DNA of 64,000 nucleotides from positions 962,205 through 1,026,204 of the forward strand of contig NW_015173679.1 of the NCBI RefSeq assembly GCF_001447785.1, given 5' to 3'. Under the pieces are notes generated by a model. The model did no database searches, was not told the origin of the DNA, and saw nothing but the letters and a program-made list of their open reading frames with translations. Shown piece by piece: positions 1 to 12,784 of the stretch; position 1 is the first letter of the stretch, and each line of letters opens with the position of its first letter. Made by a program: the position numbers and the translations under genes. This stretch comes from Gekko japonicus. Its lineage: Eukaryota.

Positions 1-4
1 TCTG

Positions 5-37
<33 letters not shown>

Positions 38-40
38 GAG
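1..40. repeat. (CT)n(AT)n microsatellite
   Basis: Directly visible. Confidence 0.9.
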
Positions 41-227
41 AGAGATTAGACTGAATATCAAAGCCTGTCAGAGTGGAGTATTGGAGTCTGAGACACTGTT
101 TGTGACACCAAGTTTTTGCCAGTTATATTTGCAAGTTGCTTTCTTCAGCAACAGTTCAGAATAACCAGAAACCTATTTTGTTCTTTATTAAATAAATCCT
201 TTTTTGTTTAAACTTATCCCAGCAATC

Positions 228-1044
228 TAAACCACTCTAATGGCAGAAAGTGAAGAGGGGCTAAAGAGCCTCTTGCTCAGGGTAAAAGAGGAGAGAGCAA
301 AAGTGGGCTTGAAGCTCAACATTAAAAAAACTAAGATCATGGCATCACTCCTTGGCAAATAGAAGGGGAAGTCGTGGAAGTAGTGACAGACTTTTGCCAT
401 CACTCTTTGGCAAATAGAAGGGGAAGTCGTGGAAGTAGTGAAAGACTTCACGTTCCTGGGATCCCAGATCACCGCAGACTGTGACAGCAGCCATGAAATT
501 AAAAGATGCCTGCTCCTTGGGAGGAAAGCGATGGTGAACCTAAACAGCATGATAAAAAGTAGAGACATCACCCTGCCAACAAAAGTTTGCATGGTCAAAG
601 CAATGGTATTCCCAGTAGTCATGTATGGCTGCGAGAGTTGGACTATAAGGAAGGCCAAGCGCCGAAGAATAGATTCTTTTGAACTATGGTGCTGGAGAAG
701 ACTCTTGAGAGTCCCTTGGACTGCAAGAAGATCAAATCAGTCAATCCTAAAAGAAATCAACCCTGACTGTTCCCTGGAAGGCCAGATAATGAAACTGAAG
801 CTCAAATACTTTGGCCACCAAATGAGAAGGGAGCACTCACTGGAGAAGACCCTGATGCTGGGAAAGATTGAAGGTCAAAGAAGACGGGGACAGCAAAGGA
901 TGAGATGGTTAGACAGTGTCATAGATGCAACGAACATGAAATTGAGCCAACTTCAGAGGATGGCGGAAGACAGGAAGGCCTGGCGTGATCTGGTCCATGG
1001 GGTCGCAAAGAGTCGGACTCAACTGTGCGACTGAACAACAACAG
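228..1044 (+). mobile_element. 5'-truncated RTE-BovB LINE with 11-bp TSD
   Basis: ORF 429-1034 is the BovB RT C-terminal region (KSRDITLPTKV...YGCESWT...WCWRRLLRVPWTARRSNQSILKEI); (CAA)n tail; TSD tcccagcaatc at 217-227 and 1045-1055. Confidence 0.93.
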
Positions 1045-1559
1045 TCCCAGCAATCAGGGACATAGTGTCCAGACCCTGGGTCATTCTACCAAAAGAGAGA
1101 GACTTGCAATTTTTAATCCTGGTGGCAGCAGAAATCTACCAAGTTTATGTACACAGAGAGTGTTTTAAAGGTAAAACCGTCTCCCCAATAAGCGAGGACG
1201 CCACATAGGCATTACTCACACAGACATCAAGTATGCATGTGTCCTTTGATCACTGGACCACACCATAATTTTTTTTTAACCTAATACTGAAAAAAGGCCC
1301 CTTTTCTGGCTATCATCTGCCTAATTTTAGAAAGTAGGGCTATGCAGAGAAGGACCTCAAAGGATGACCTTAATTTATGGGTAAATTCATATGGAAAATA
1401 AAAATAAATAAAATATGCAGGGAAAGTCTGGGGAACAGACTCAATCCAGTATGACCAAAGCGCAACAGCTATTGTGTGGTATGTCTTGATCCAATCAAGG
1501 TACTCAGCTGTATTCTAGTTAAAGACTGCCTTTATTCCATTTATATACAGGATTCCGTC

Positions 1560-2460
1560 GCAGCCAGTTTTTGTTGGAAAAAGGTAAAAGTCGGATCTAC
1601 ATGGATCCTCATGAATTCATATGATTTTTACATTGAAACGAAATAAAACTACCATCATATTGTAGGCCATGTGTTAATCTATAGGGGGCAGAACAAAAAT
1701 CACGCATCCACAGATTCGTGGCACCACAACAGCGCAAACACATGATTCCAAAGGACGGATCCTCATAAATTCATATGATTTTTATGCTGAAACAAAATAA
1801 AACCACCATCATACTGCAGAACAATGTCTTAGACTATAGGCAGCACTCCAAAAATCATGTCCCCACGAATTCGTGGCACCACAAAACTGCAAAAACATGG
1901 TTCCAAAGTACGGATCCTCATGGATCCTCAGGGTTTTTCAATTGGGTCACTCCAAACACACGATCAAATCACATAACACGTCCACGTCCACAGCTTGCAC
2001 CACAAAAATCACAGATCCACGGCTTCGTGGTGACACCATTCTGCAAAAACATTATTCTGAAGCACGGATCCTCATGGATGCTTGGGTTATCTCTGTTGGG
2101 ACACCACAAACATACCATGAAATCCCATATCATGTCCATGGCCACAGCCTGCACCACAGACATCACGGTGCCACGGCTCTGTGGCAACACCATGCTGCAA
2201 AAACATGGTTCAGAAGCACGGATCCTCATAGATCCTTATAATTTTTGCATTGAGTCACCCTAACATCACCATCAAATAATATGCCTTGTCCATGGCCACA
2301 GAATGCAGCACAGAAATCACAAGTCCACGGCTTCGTGGCAACACCATGCTGCCAAAACATGGTTCTGGAGCATGGATCCTCATGGATGCTTGTGGTTTTT
2401 GTGTTGGGACACCCCAAACATACCATTAAATCCCATACCATGTCCATGGCCACTACTTAG
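1560..2460. repeat. Diverged tandem array, ~154-bp unit, ~6 copies
   Basis: ggatcctcat recurs at 1603, 1757, 1912, 2066, 2220 and 2374. Confidence 0.85.
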
Positions 2461-3099
2461 ACCACAGTATTCATGGCCATCACACGCGAGAGGTCATTCT
2501 GGCTCCCCCAGGTCTTGTTAGGGGCTCTTTAAAAAGTTATGGCTGCCCGTGATGGCAGCAGTGCTAATGGCAAGGGGGGCGAAATGTCCCCCCCCCTCTG
2601 AGCCCGGGGTGGTGGCCTTGGAGTCCTAGGGACAAATTCCACCTCTCTGTATAACTGAGCTACCTTCCCAAAGCTTAACTACCGATTGCCAACTTGCACA
2701 CACAGGTTACTCCTGCATGAATTCTCAGTTGCCTCCTGTGTTCCTTGACTTCTGACACAGAAATCAGGCCCACCCCATTTCCTTCTTCAAACCTCCCTTA
2801 AAGTCATCTGCTTTAATATTGTTTTAAATGTTTTATTGTATTATTTAAACGTTTTCTGCTGATTTTATGTAAGCCGCTCTGAGCCGGCCCTGGCTGGGAG
2901 GGCGGGGTACAAATTTGAATGAATAAATAGCTGGGGTGTAGTCTGCAGGGGCATGCGTGGAAAAGAAAAACTGCAGCAACCAGGCTTGACGAGCACCGCT
3001 CCGTTGCTCTGCTGCACCGCCCCAATTAGTCTGCAGCCTCTTCAGATGCCAGGTCCCCGTTACCACCAAGGAGCTGAGCACTGCCTGCAGGGTTCTCCT

Positions 3100-3670
3100 C
3101 CTAACCCTGCGACGAAAATTACACTGACAGACTGATTAGATGACGGAGCAGCCTCATCCTGTTCCGTCGCTCGCCACTGCGCCTGCGCCCTTTTCGGACT
3201 GGGGTGGCCCTGGAGGCGGAGGGGAGAGGGGTGGCCTTAATGCCCAATCCACCCCGGTAATTCGCACAGAATCCATTGCTCGTCCATCGTTTCTTAAGCC
3301 TTTTAATGAAGTGTGGGGAGGCAGTGGGGCTAGAGACAGGCGGGGCTTTAGTTTTCAAGCGCATTCAATCCCGTAAGTCAGACAGGCCCTAGCCCGCTTG
3401 CGCAGGTGGGCGGGACAGGAAAGGGAGTATCATGATCCCCACGCCGTGGTATGAGCATGCTGGAGCGCAAGGCCCATTTGCCGAAGTCTACGAGCCCGCC
3501 GAGGACACCTTCCTGCTCCTGGACGCTCTGGAGCAAGACGCCGAGAAACTGAGACGCGCGAAGTGAGGGACGGGAAGCATCTCTTGGAAGAGGGAGGGGG
3601 AGTGAGCGACAGCCAATCGGAACTGAGAATGCCTGCTGAGGGGCATTTAATAGAGAGGGCGCATCCAGGC
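3100..3670 (+). promoter_or_regulatory. CpG-island promoter / exon 1 region of N6AMT1
   Basis: Local CpG enrichment, GC boxes (ggcggagggg, ggtgggcggg) and CCAAT-like motifs around the start codon. Confidence 0.7.
3432..3562 (+). CDS. N6AMT1: N6AMT1 exon 1 (coding part)
   Basis: ATG at 3432; MIPTPWYEHAGAQGPFAEVYEPAEDTFLLLDALEQDAEKLRRA; donor aa|gtgagg. Confidence 0.92.
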
Positions 3671-6600
3671 TCTTGGTTTCTATGGTGATGAGGGGACAGT
3701 CTCTGTAACATAAACATTGATAAGTACCTTTAACAACGTTTATTCTGACCTGCTTGGTTCTTACAGGTTGGTGCAAAAGGTTGCCAGCTCTGCCAGGCTC
3801 TTGGTTTCTATGGTGATGAGGAGACAGTCTCTGTAATCTATGTAATATAAACATTGATAAGTACTTTTAACAACGTTTATTCTGACCTGCTTGCTTCTTA
3901 CAGGTTGGTGCATAAGGTTGTAATTCTGGGTGGGTCTCCAGGCCCAATGTGGAGGTTGGCAACCCTGTACAGTAGCCGGAGTGTATGCAGCTCTCTGTGG
4001 TTGCACTCCTATGAACATTTTTTAAAAATTCAGGTAAAGCCATTTAAATGCAGGTAAAGTCAAAGTGTGTTGGAATCGTGTGTGTAAGAACTGTTAAAAG
4101 TCTGCATCTTCCAGGGTTTAACACAGAGAAGCTTAGCAGCACAACAGCTAAACAGGCCCAAGACATTTTGATCCCAGATAATGCTTGGGTGGGTTACAGC
4201 AAACTTAAAAATTTAACAAGTATGGGTCTAGCTAGTGTCTAGATAGGACACCTCCTGGGAACCTCTGCGTCATCAAGTTTGAACTCTTATCATAGATTCA
4301 GCATACAAATGTATTCAATAATAGTAAGTGGAACTTGGTCCATAAAGTTTTAATAGCAGCCTCTTCCAGTAATGAACAAGCCACAAGAAGTCCACTAGGC
4401 ACAATAGTTTTGCTTTTCAGTGGTTTTAGCTGGACTTAGCAGAACTTGCTGATAACTTGTCCTGTGAGCCAGATTTGACTGGCTCCCCAAAATACAGATT
4501 GCACAAAGGAGGCAGCTGCTTCAGTTGGTCTCATTGTAGGGTTTTCTCTGCATGAATGAAATTGCAGCTCTTAATAGTCCCCGTTGAATCAGATGTTGGA
4601 AGAGTTTATTAGTGGAAGCAGTTATCTCAGGCAACAGGTGGAGGCCTTTCCAGTACCTCCTATGGTGGAAGGGATGCTGTGTTTCAAAGGGTGCCATCCA
4701 CTTTGTTGCCATTTCCTCTGCTGCATTCACTTACAGCTACCATTCCCTCCCCTATGTCATGGGGCTTTCGTTACAGCTACCATTCCCTCCCCTATGTCAT
4801 CATGGGGCTTTCAAAAATATCTAGATCGCTATAGCATTATAACATTATGAGGATCAATCTGTGAAGTCTTTGGAATTCCCAACTTTGTTTTCTAAAATGC
4901 ATTTCTAGCCCTTTCCATTGCCAAGATCCACCTTTTCCCTTCTATCTCCAAAACAAAAAGGGGGTAGAGACTTTTTAAAATGCAAGCTGGGAATTCAGAG
5001 AACATAATGGTACATTTTTATAACATTGCAACATCATTGTGATCTAGATATTCTGATATTGCCATTTTTTTAAAAAAAGGCCCCTGGTGTTGGGTGGGAA
5101 TAGCAGCTGTGAAACAATGGGTCAGGAAAACTCACTTATCAGGACAAACCATTGATGCTGCACTGAATTGGCAAGTGCAATGGCAACAGGAAAACTACAG
5201 GGATTGTTGCTGTTTTGAAGACCCCCAACTTTCTGCGCACATAAACTATTCTGGTTGTATTTTGAGTGAGGTATAGCACCCTGGCAAACTAGATGTAATG
5301 TTTAGGGGAAATCGACAACTACATGAATTGAAGGTTCTTAGTAGTTATAGAGTATTCTACCAAATTAAAGCTTATGCTGAACATCTGTTTCTTTACCTTT
5401 TTCATGAATAAGGAACTACAGATTTTAAAAGTTCAGGATTTTTACAATATTGTATAGAATAATTAATCAGAAATATTATAATTCATATAGCCATTCTTAC
5501 GTATTCTCTCTATATAGCAGTATGACATTCATTTTTCTCCAATATTTTATGTCAAAAACATTTAGCATTGAAATCTGCCTTGAAGTAGGATCTGGATCTG
5601 GAGTAGTTTCAACTTTTGTGGCATCACTGATTGAATCCAAAGCTTTATACATGTAAGTATTATGCCATTTCATATTACTTAGGGCTAGGTGAAGAGTAGG
5701 ATGTATTTGTCTGCTTTAAGTCATATAAAATTACCTGTTTATTTGTAGTAGTGAAATAAACAGCTGTCCACTTTTCTTTCTTTGCTTCATATTCACTCTT
5801 ATTTAGTTGTGTAGCAGCCTCTGGAGCAAGGGCACAATTATGGCTAGCCAGCGCAGACAGCATGCAAAATCATGTTACAAGCCATGCTTTGCCAGCTCTA
5901 GTGTATAATTTTACTTTATCACTTTAGATAACCTGCTTCCTTAATTATGGTTTGACATGATCAATTGAACCGTTATATTGATTGGAAGCATACTCTTCTT
6001 TCATAAGGTTTGGTTAGTGGTGGTAAATGTGGTCACAACTGTGCTTTCTTTGCTTTAGTGGCAGATAGAACTCCCCTTAAAGCTATTTACCAGCTGTTTA
6101 GTTACAGTAACTAATGTATTGACTGTATTGGTACAACATAGCTTTGAGCAACATTCCTCATGTCTTTACTAGAAATACGCAGTATGCTATCATAGTTATG
6201 TTTCAGTTCTGGGTGTGGTGTTTGTAAACAGTATTCTAATACTTAAACTGGGTAAATAATAACATATTTGATTAGATTTTTATCACACCGCTCTTCCAAC
6301 AATTTAGGCCAGCCTGCGTGCGTTCTGCCCTTCTGCCATTTTTCACATTAAAAGGTAAGGCACAGGTTGCAATTCTAAGCACACTTACCAGAGAGTAAGT
6401 CCCACTGAACTTAATGGGATTTACTTCTCCATATACTTAGTTATTAAAACATTTATATCCCGCCTTTCTTCTTGGTGGCTTACAGTGTGCTTAGAATTGC
6501 ACTGTAAGTTTCCCAGTGCCCAAGATCCCCCAGTGAGCTTCATGGCACAGTAGGAATTTGAACCCATTATGTCTCTTTCTCAGTTTTATCCCCACTGTAA

Positions 6601-9600
6601 CCCTGCGAGGTAGGTCAGGCTTATCTAGTGAGTTCTATGGATGAACAGGAATTTGAAGCAGTGGCCCCGCAGTTGTTGTGTGACTTTACAACCACTGCAC
6701 CACACTGGCTGCATTGCCTAGGATTTTAGTAGGCAATGCAGCTTATAAGTACTTCGTATGTATCATATTGCCCATAAGGTCTGCTAAATGGCTAAATTTC
6801 TCTAGATGCATAAATGATAGAACATGTTAATTAAAATGTTACTCATTTTGTGCTTACAGATGTACTGATATCAACCCTGTGGCAGGTCTGTGCACAGTGG
6901 AGACAGCTATACGTAATAAGGTTGACATTCAACCCATAATTACTGATTTGGTGAGATTCAGATTATAACTGATCCATCTGATATGTCAGCCATTTTAGTG
7001 GGTTATTAAAGTTGTCTTATGATCACTGCAATTAAAAAGTTGCTGTTTCTGATAAATTTTAGCAAGCTCTTCAAGTTAGCTCAGATACTCTGCTTTTTCT
7101 AGTTAGTGATTTATTGTTGTCATAAACTCTTTCCTGACTTTCTTGTATATCCTGGGCCAGATTTAGTGGTGTTGGTAGCCTCTGGCTTTGGCAAGCAGTG
7201 GGGGCTGTCAGAAACAACAACTGTCACTTTGAGAAAGTCCCAGCAGGAGACCAAAAGAGCAGCAAAAAGGTTGTGCTAAACTTGGACAAAAGTTTATGCC
7301 ACAAGTAGTGTATAGTGTTGGTGTGACAGGAATGGGAAAGAGGCTGCTCTCTTGGCCCATGTTAGTTTTCTTTCCCATTGAAGAGACAGCCATTTGAATT
7401 GGGGCTTAGTATATTTTAATGGCAACTACTATACATCCTGTGTTAATGTCTAAGGGCTTATGAATTGTATTAACATTTTGTTTCACCTTGGGTAGAGTCC
7501 TACCACTCCGCTGGGCTTGGAACGACCATTGGTACTTACCCGTGAAGGGTCCTTCTCCTCTGAGGCTTGGAGGACATCTTGTGGGTGATTCCCATCCTTC
7601 TCTAGGGAGGCAGGACTAAGTTGAAACTTCTTCCTGTTTCCTTTGGAGGGAGTCACCCTAGCTCAGTTCGGTGCTCCGCAAGCAGTAAGCTACATAAAAA
7701 CTACACTTAGCAGAAATACAGTTAACAAGAACAGGAAGAATACCATAGAATTATGTAACTTGAACAGGAAAACAACCGAATCCATAAGAATAACATCTGT
7801 GTTCGGCTCTCTCTCTTTCCCGCNNNNNNNNNNNNNNNNNNNNNNNNNNNNNNNNNNNNNNNNNNNNNNNNNNNNNNNNNNNNNNNNNNNNNNNNNNNNN
7901 NNNNNNNNNNNNNNNNNNNNNNNNNNNNNNNNNNNNNNNNNNNNNNNNNNNNNNNNNNNNNNNNNNNNNNNNNNNNNNNNNNNNNNNNNNNNNNNNNNNN
8001 NNNNNNNNNNNNNNNNNNNNNNNNNNNNNNNNNNNNNNNNNNNNNNNNNNNNNNNNNNNNNNNNNNNNNNNNNNNNNNTCCCCTGTTTCAAAAATAGTAC
8101 ACCCCCCCCCCCCCCAAATCTGGAAGATGAGTTTTCTGTATTTGGGCTACACATGAGAAATTTTGACTCCCATTACATTTCATGTAATGAGATTTATGTG
8201 TGTCATTTAATGCAAAATGGAATTTGTTAAGGAATAAAAGGCATCTTTCTTTTATTTTGCTTCAACTTATGTCTAGGTAACAGGATTGTTGCCACGACTT
8301 CTTGGGAAAGTTGATTTGCTGCTGTTTAACCCACCTTATGTGGTAACTCCTTCTGTTGAGGTGAGACCATGTATTTAAGGAAGGCATTCATTGCATACTA
8401 GATACCAGCTGTTACACACAACATATGCAGTATTTCACTGTAGTTATCTGAAAATTTTAGGGTTTTTTTAAAAAAATGTTTTTATTAGTTTCAAAGAAAG
8501 GTACTACAGAGAGAGAAAAAGAAAAACAAAATAAGAAACAGAATAGAAAAATCTAACAGAATGGATACTATACTCATACATCAGTTTTGGTTACATTGTA
8601 CTTATAGAATCTAAGTCTTCTATGCAGTTGTCTGTAATTGTTTCACCTTGGGTAGAGTCCTACCACTCCGCTGGGCTTGGAACATTTATCTGGCAGATTT
8701 ATTTATTTATTTGGATTCTATGATAGTCTCACCCATTTTATTTCAAAGTTTCCTTTGAGAGCCAGTTTGGTGTAGTGGTTAAGTGCGCGGACTCTAATCT
8801 GGGAGAACTGGGTTTGATTCCCCACTCCTCCACTTGCACCTGGCTGGATGACCTTGGGCAAGCCGTAGTTCTGATAAGAGCTGTTCTTGAAAAAGAGCAG
8901 TTTCTGTCAAGAGCTATCTCAGCCCCACCTACCTCACAGGGTGTCTGTTGTGGGGAGGGGAAGGGAAAGGAGTTTGTAAGCCACTCTGAGACTCCTTTGG
9001 GTAGTGAAGGGCGGGGTATAAATCCAATCTCCTCTTCTTGTTTTTCATGTAATTGTAAAGTTAGTTTATCCATTTCTGCTGCGTTATCTGAAAATGTTGG
9101 TGAAGGTCTATGGAGGTTTTAATATTTACCAATTCACCTTCAGTCTCATACCTATTTTTATATTTAATAAGGTAATTTGTGAGGAATTCTTATTCTTAAT
9201 ATTAGTTAAGAATGTGTTTTCTGACACCTGCATCCTTATCCTAAAGCATGCTTGCTCAGAAGTACAGTCCTCCGATCTATGGGGCTTGCTCTCGAATAAG
9301 TGTGCTGCTAATTAAGGAGGATCCCTGTAGTAGCTGGTGGCATGTAGGACCTGTTGGGGAGGATCTAGTAGTAAATTTCCACTAATGAATTATGTGTGTT
9401 GCTGTGTGTGATTCCCCCCCCCAACTCTTTTCCTCCTATTGCAGGATCCCCCCAACCCAGTTTAACCCACATGCTGTTCCATAGGGTCCCCTATCCACCA
9501 GGAACAGGAAAGCAAGGAAGTCTCATTCCACATACAGAACTCCATTTTGCCAGTAGAAATTACTGCTGCATCCAACCCACTATTTAGTAAATGTGCTTAG

Positions 9601-11535
9601 GCTTGCAGTTTGCTAAGGCTCATCAGTAATCCTTGAAAATAAATGTTGAGATTCATTATTTAAGTTCTCCAAAATGTTCATTGGAGTTTAATAACAGCTA
9701 CTGAAGTGAGGTGATGCTTGGTTTCAGTAAATGTAGCAATCATGTTATTTATCCTACGATGTAAGTTTGTTTTATTTATTTGCAAAATTTATACCCTGAC
9801 TTTCTGGCTTCATCAGGGCCATTCAAGACATCTAACAGATTAAAAACATACACCATGAAAACATGTCTTAAAAACAATTAACCAAACAAAAACACATCAC
9901 TAAAACAACTAAAACCAAGCTAAAATACACATACAAAAATATTTAAAACAGCAGGAAAAAGGGATTACTTGAGGGTATGCCATATGAAACAAAAAAGTCT
10001 TCACCTACTGGTGGAAGATGGCAACAGAAGGGGACAGGTGAGTTTCAGAGTTTTTGTGTCACAACCAATGAACCCCTCTCTTGGGTTGCTACCTGCCTAA
10101 TCTCAGAAGGCAGGGGACCTTTAGCAGGGCCTTGGACAATGACCATAGAGGTTGGGTAGGTTCCTAAGGAAGTAGATGGTTGTTCAGGTGCGCTGGTCCC
10201 AAAATGTATAGTGCTTTAAAGGTCAACACCTGAACCTTGAGTTGTTCCTGGAAATATTGTGTGATCTGACTGCAATTTTCTTTTTTCATTTATTCTAGGT
10301 GAAAAGCCATGGAATAGCAGCAGCCTGGGCTGGAGGTAAAAATGGCAGAGAAGTTATGGATAGGCTCTTTCCAGTTGTGTCAGACTTGCTTTCAACAAGA
10401 GGTTTATTTTACCTAGTTACAGTTAAAGAAAATAATCCAGGTATTGTTTATTTTAAATTCTTTAGTTCACTGAAAGCTTAGTCTTGTCATGTTAATAATT
10501 CACTTGTCTGAAAATACTGCTTGCGAAATCTTTGTGAATGTGTCTTGGGGATGATTTTATACTGAATTGGGTGCAACTACTTTTTCTAATACCTAATCTG
10601 AGCTACATATGCCCTTCAAGGTGGAACTATTGCCATTGAACTCATACTATCAATAGATGGCCTTGTAAGGAACATAAAATCTTATTAAGCATGTATCAAA
10701 AGGTGTAAAATGGCCAAAGGGTGCCTTCCAGAACAGAATTTCTACATCTTTGTTAAGCAGGTAATAATGGTAAAGCAGAAATAGAGACAGCCAGAAGTGA
10801 CAGTGCAGTTAACAGCATTTGTAAAGTCGGTTTGTTCCTGGTAATCCGCCTTTATAAATCCATGTTCACACACTTTCAGAGTTAAAAGAAAAAAAAACTT
10901 GGACATGTCCACTTGGGGCACTGAAGGAGCTCTCGTAGGGAGTATATACACATCAAGCTGTCTTATACTGAATCAAGGTCATTTTGTCTGCTCAGAATGG
11001 CAGTGGCTCTACACTCTCAGGGCAGGTTCTTCCACATAATCTACTACCTGATCCCCTTAACTGGTGTTGTCAGGGACTGACCCTGGGACATTCTGCATGC
11101 CAAGCAGATGCTTTGCCACTGAGCTATGGCCCCTCCCTATGTGTAGCTGTCCTGTATATTTGAAAAATGCCAAGCAGCATATGACAGCTCATACCTTGAA
11201 TAAACCTTTGTCGGTCTTAAAGGTGCCACTGGACTCTAAATTTGTCCTGTATACCACTTATCCTGTTATTTTTCTAGCTTCAGTCTTTTTTCCTTTGTTT
11301 TTTGCACTTTGTCAAATAAGCAAAAGGGAAAAGATTTCCTCATGAGGCGAGACATGGCAAATAATTATTTAATAGGATATGGCTGGTGACTGCTGAATTT
11401 AAACTGAGTTTTTATTGTTTAATTGCAGATGAAATTATAGAAATGTTACAGAAAACTGGTTTAAAAGGCACCAAAGCAGTATGTAGACAAGCCGGAAGTG
11501 AAAATCTCTCAGTACTGAGATTCTGTAAATCCTGA
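3432..11535 (+). CDS. N6AMT1: N6AMT1/HEMK2 methyltransferase (eRF1 Gln / H4K12 methyltransferase, TRMT112 partner), spliced CDS join(3432-3562,5566-5652,6860-6950,8277-8360,10299-10440,11429-11535), 213 aa
   Basis: Six GT-AG exons with compatible phases total 642 nt. They encode VYEPAEDTFLLLDALE, the SAM motif LEVGSGSG, CTDINP, NPPY, AAWAGGKNGREVMDR and the C-terminal RQAGSENLSVLRFCKS*. Confidence 0.97.
5566..5652 (+). CDS. N6AMT1: N6AMT1 exon 2
   Basis: IEICLEVGSGSGVVSTFVASLIESKALY; tttag| ... |gtaagt. Confidence 0.95.
6860..6950 (+). CDS. N6AMT1: N6AMT1 exon 3
   Basis: CTDINPVAGLCTVETAIRNKVDIQPIITDL; ttacag| ... |gtgaga. Confidence 0.95.
7526..7823. mobile_element. Probable DIRS-like retroelement terminus running into the gap
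   Basis: Starts with ttggtacttacccgtgaagggtccttct, resembling squamate DIRS-type termini (recalled, not searched). Confidence 0.4.
7824..8078. other. Assembly gap (255 N)
   Basis: Run of N in N6AMT1 intron 3. Confidence 1.
8277..8360 (+). CDS. N6AMT1: N6AMT1 exon 4
   Basis: VTGLLPRLLGKVDLLLFNPPYVVTPSVE (NPPY motif). Confidence 0.95.
8757..9039 (+). mobile_element. Squam3-like tRNA-derived SINE (gecko type)
   Basis: A/B boxes (tggtgtagtggttaag / ggtttgattccc), conserved core (cacctacctcacagggtgtctgttgtgggg), (TCT)n tail; five or more similar copies in the window. Confidence 0.8.
10299..10440 (+). CDS. N6AMT1: N6AMT1 exon 5
   Basis: VKSHGIAAAWAGGKNGREVMDRLFPVVSDLLSTRGLFYLVTVKENNP. Confidence 0.95.
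11429..11535 (+). CDS. N6AMT1: N6AMT1 exon 6 (to stop)
   Basis: EIIEMLQKTGLKGTKAVCRQAGSENLSVLRFCKS*; ttgcag| acceptor, TGA at 11533-11535. Confidence 0.95.
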
Positions 11536-11572
11536 AGACTTCATATGCTATTATACTGGGGGGTAAATCACA

Positions 11573-11578
11573 ATTAAA
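11573..11578 (+). terminator. Candidate N6AMT1 polyadenylation signal (ATTAAA)
   Basis: About 40 nt after the stop, followed by U/GU-rich sequence. Confidence 0.4.
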
Positions 11579-12693
11579 AAAATATATTTTTGTATAATTA
11601 TGCTGTCATGAATTTGTTTGTAGTTTGTCATGGTGTTGAAAGATGCTAATTTTATCTGCTTAGTTAGTTGTTGAATAGTGCAAATTCACCACTGTGGAAA
11701 GAAGTCATTACAATGAAGGTGGAGAGCAGGCAGGAAAATATTATACTGCAGGATTTATGTTTGGACCCCATGGTATGCAAGTGTGTACCTTTTTATTGCA
11801 AACTTTTACAAGAAATATAACTCGGAGAAGTCCATTACCAGTGATGCAATGTGGACTGTTCTACTATCCTGATTGTCAGCAGAGTGCTACCATAAGACTA
11901 CTTTTTGCCTCTCTTCATCTTGTAGCATCGTGAGCAGTTGCTACAGCCATCTTCCATGCACTTTTCCAATATTTTGGAACTTCATTGCAACTGTGGTCAT
12001 TTTAGGAAATGACAGTTGGGTACACAGCAAAGTAGCTGCCATGGGGGCTGAGACCCAAACATAAAATACTGGGAAGTTCCATGCCGTACATCCCCCTACA
12101 ATAAATGTAGTTGTTTCCAAACGGGTGCTCCCTGCAGCAAGAAAGGCGATGGCTCCTGGACTCTTCTGATATATCTCATACTCCAGAAATGCAGAAAAAC
12201 TAATAGGATTGGCGGGGTTTGTTTTTTTTCTTGGAGAAAGAAGCAAATGGGCACTAGGAACCAAATTGGTGGGCACCATGATGCTCATAGGAATCACACT
12301 GGGGACCACCGTTGTAACCTTTCAGTGGGTTTATTGGCTTACCTTTAGAGACATCACTAGTTTCTTTGATTTACACATGAGATGGCAAATTTTGGTGTTA
12401 GAAAGTTTGGGAGCCCGTTCTCATCTGGGATCAACAGAGACTGTGCAGTCAACCCCCCCTCCCTCCCCTGATTGAAAGTGTGAGGTAGACAGAAGGCCCT
12501 AGGCTTAAGGGTTGGATGTTCTAACCACTTGGTGGTGGTGGGGGGGAGAAACATGGGAATCAAATCTCCCTTTGATTTCAAACTCCTTATCTCACTCTTC
12601 TTGAAAGGTAAGTGTGGGGAAGAATAAATAAGTCTATTTAATGGAAATTGTATGCTGTAGACATGGATCATGATGACCAAACGATGCAAGATT

Positions 12694-12699
12694 TTTATT
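12694..12699 (-). terminator. Candidate proximal LTN1 polyadenylation signal (AATAAA)
   Basis: About 90 nt downstream of the LTN1 stop on the minus strand. Confidence 0.35.
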
Positions 12700-12784
12700 T
12701 TAAATAAGGCTAAAATTAGCTTATTTCATAACTGAATCCAGGTGTGCTTGGTGTTTGAGAAATTCACAGAAGTAGAGATGTATT

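Noticed and set aside
429-1034. 201-aa ORF (and the 214-aa ORF at 60394-61038) as host genes
   Set aside because: Both are the 3' end of BovB LINE reverse transcriptase, 5'-truncated and flanked by TSDs.
1560-2460. CRISPR-like array or His-rich protein gene
   Set aside because: The context is eukaryotic, the units are homologous along their whole length with no unique spacers, and the ORFs arise from the repeat.
7643-8230. Long ORFs on both strands
   Set aside because: Artefacts of translating through the 255-N gap.
8757-8830. tRNA gene
   Set aside because: tRNA-derived head of a multi-copy SINE; no complete cloverleaf.
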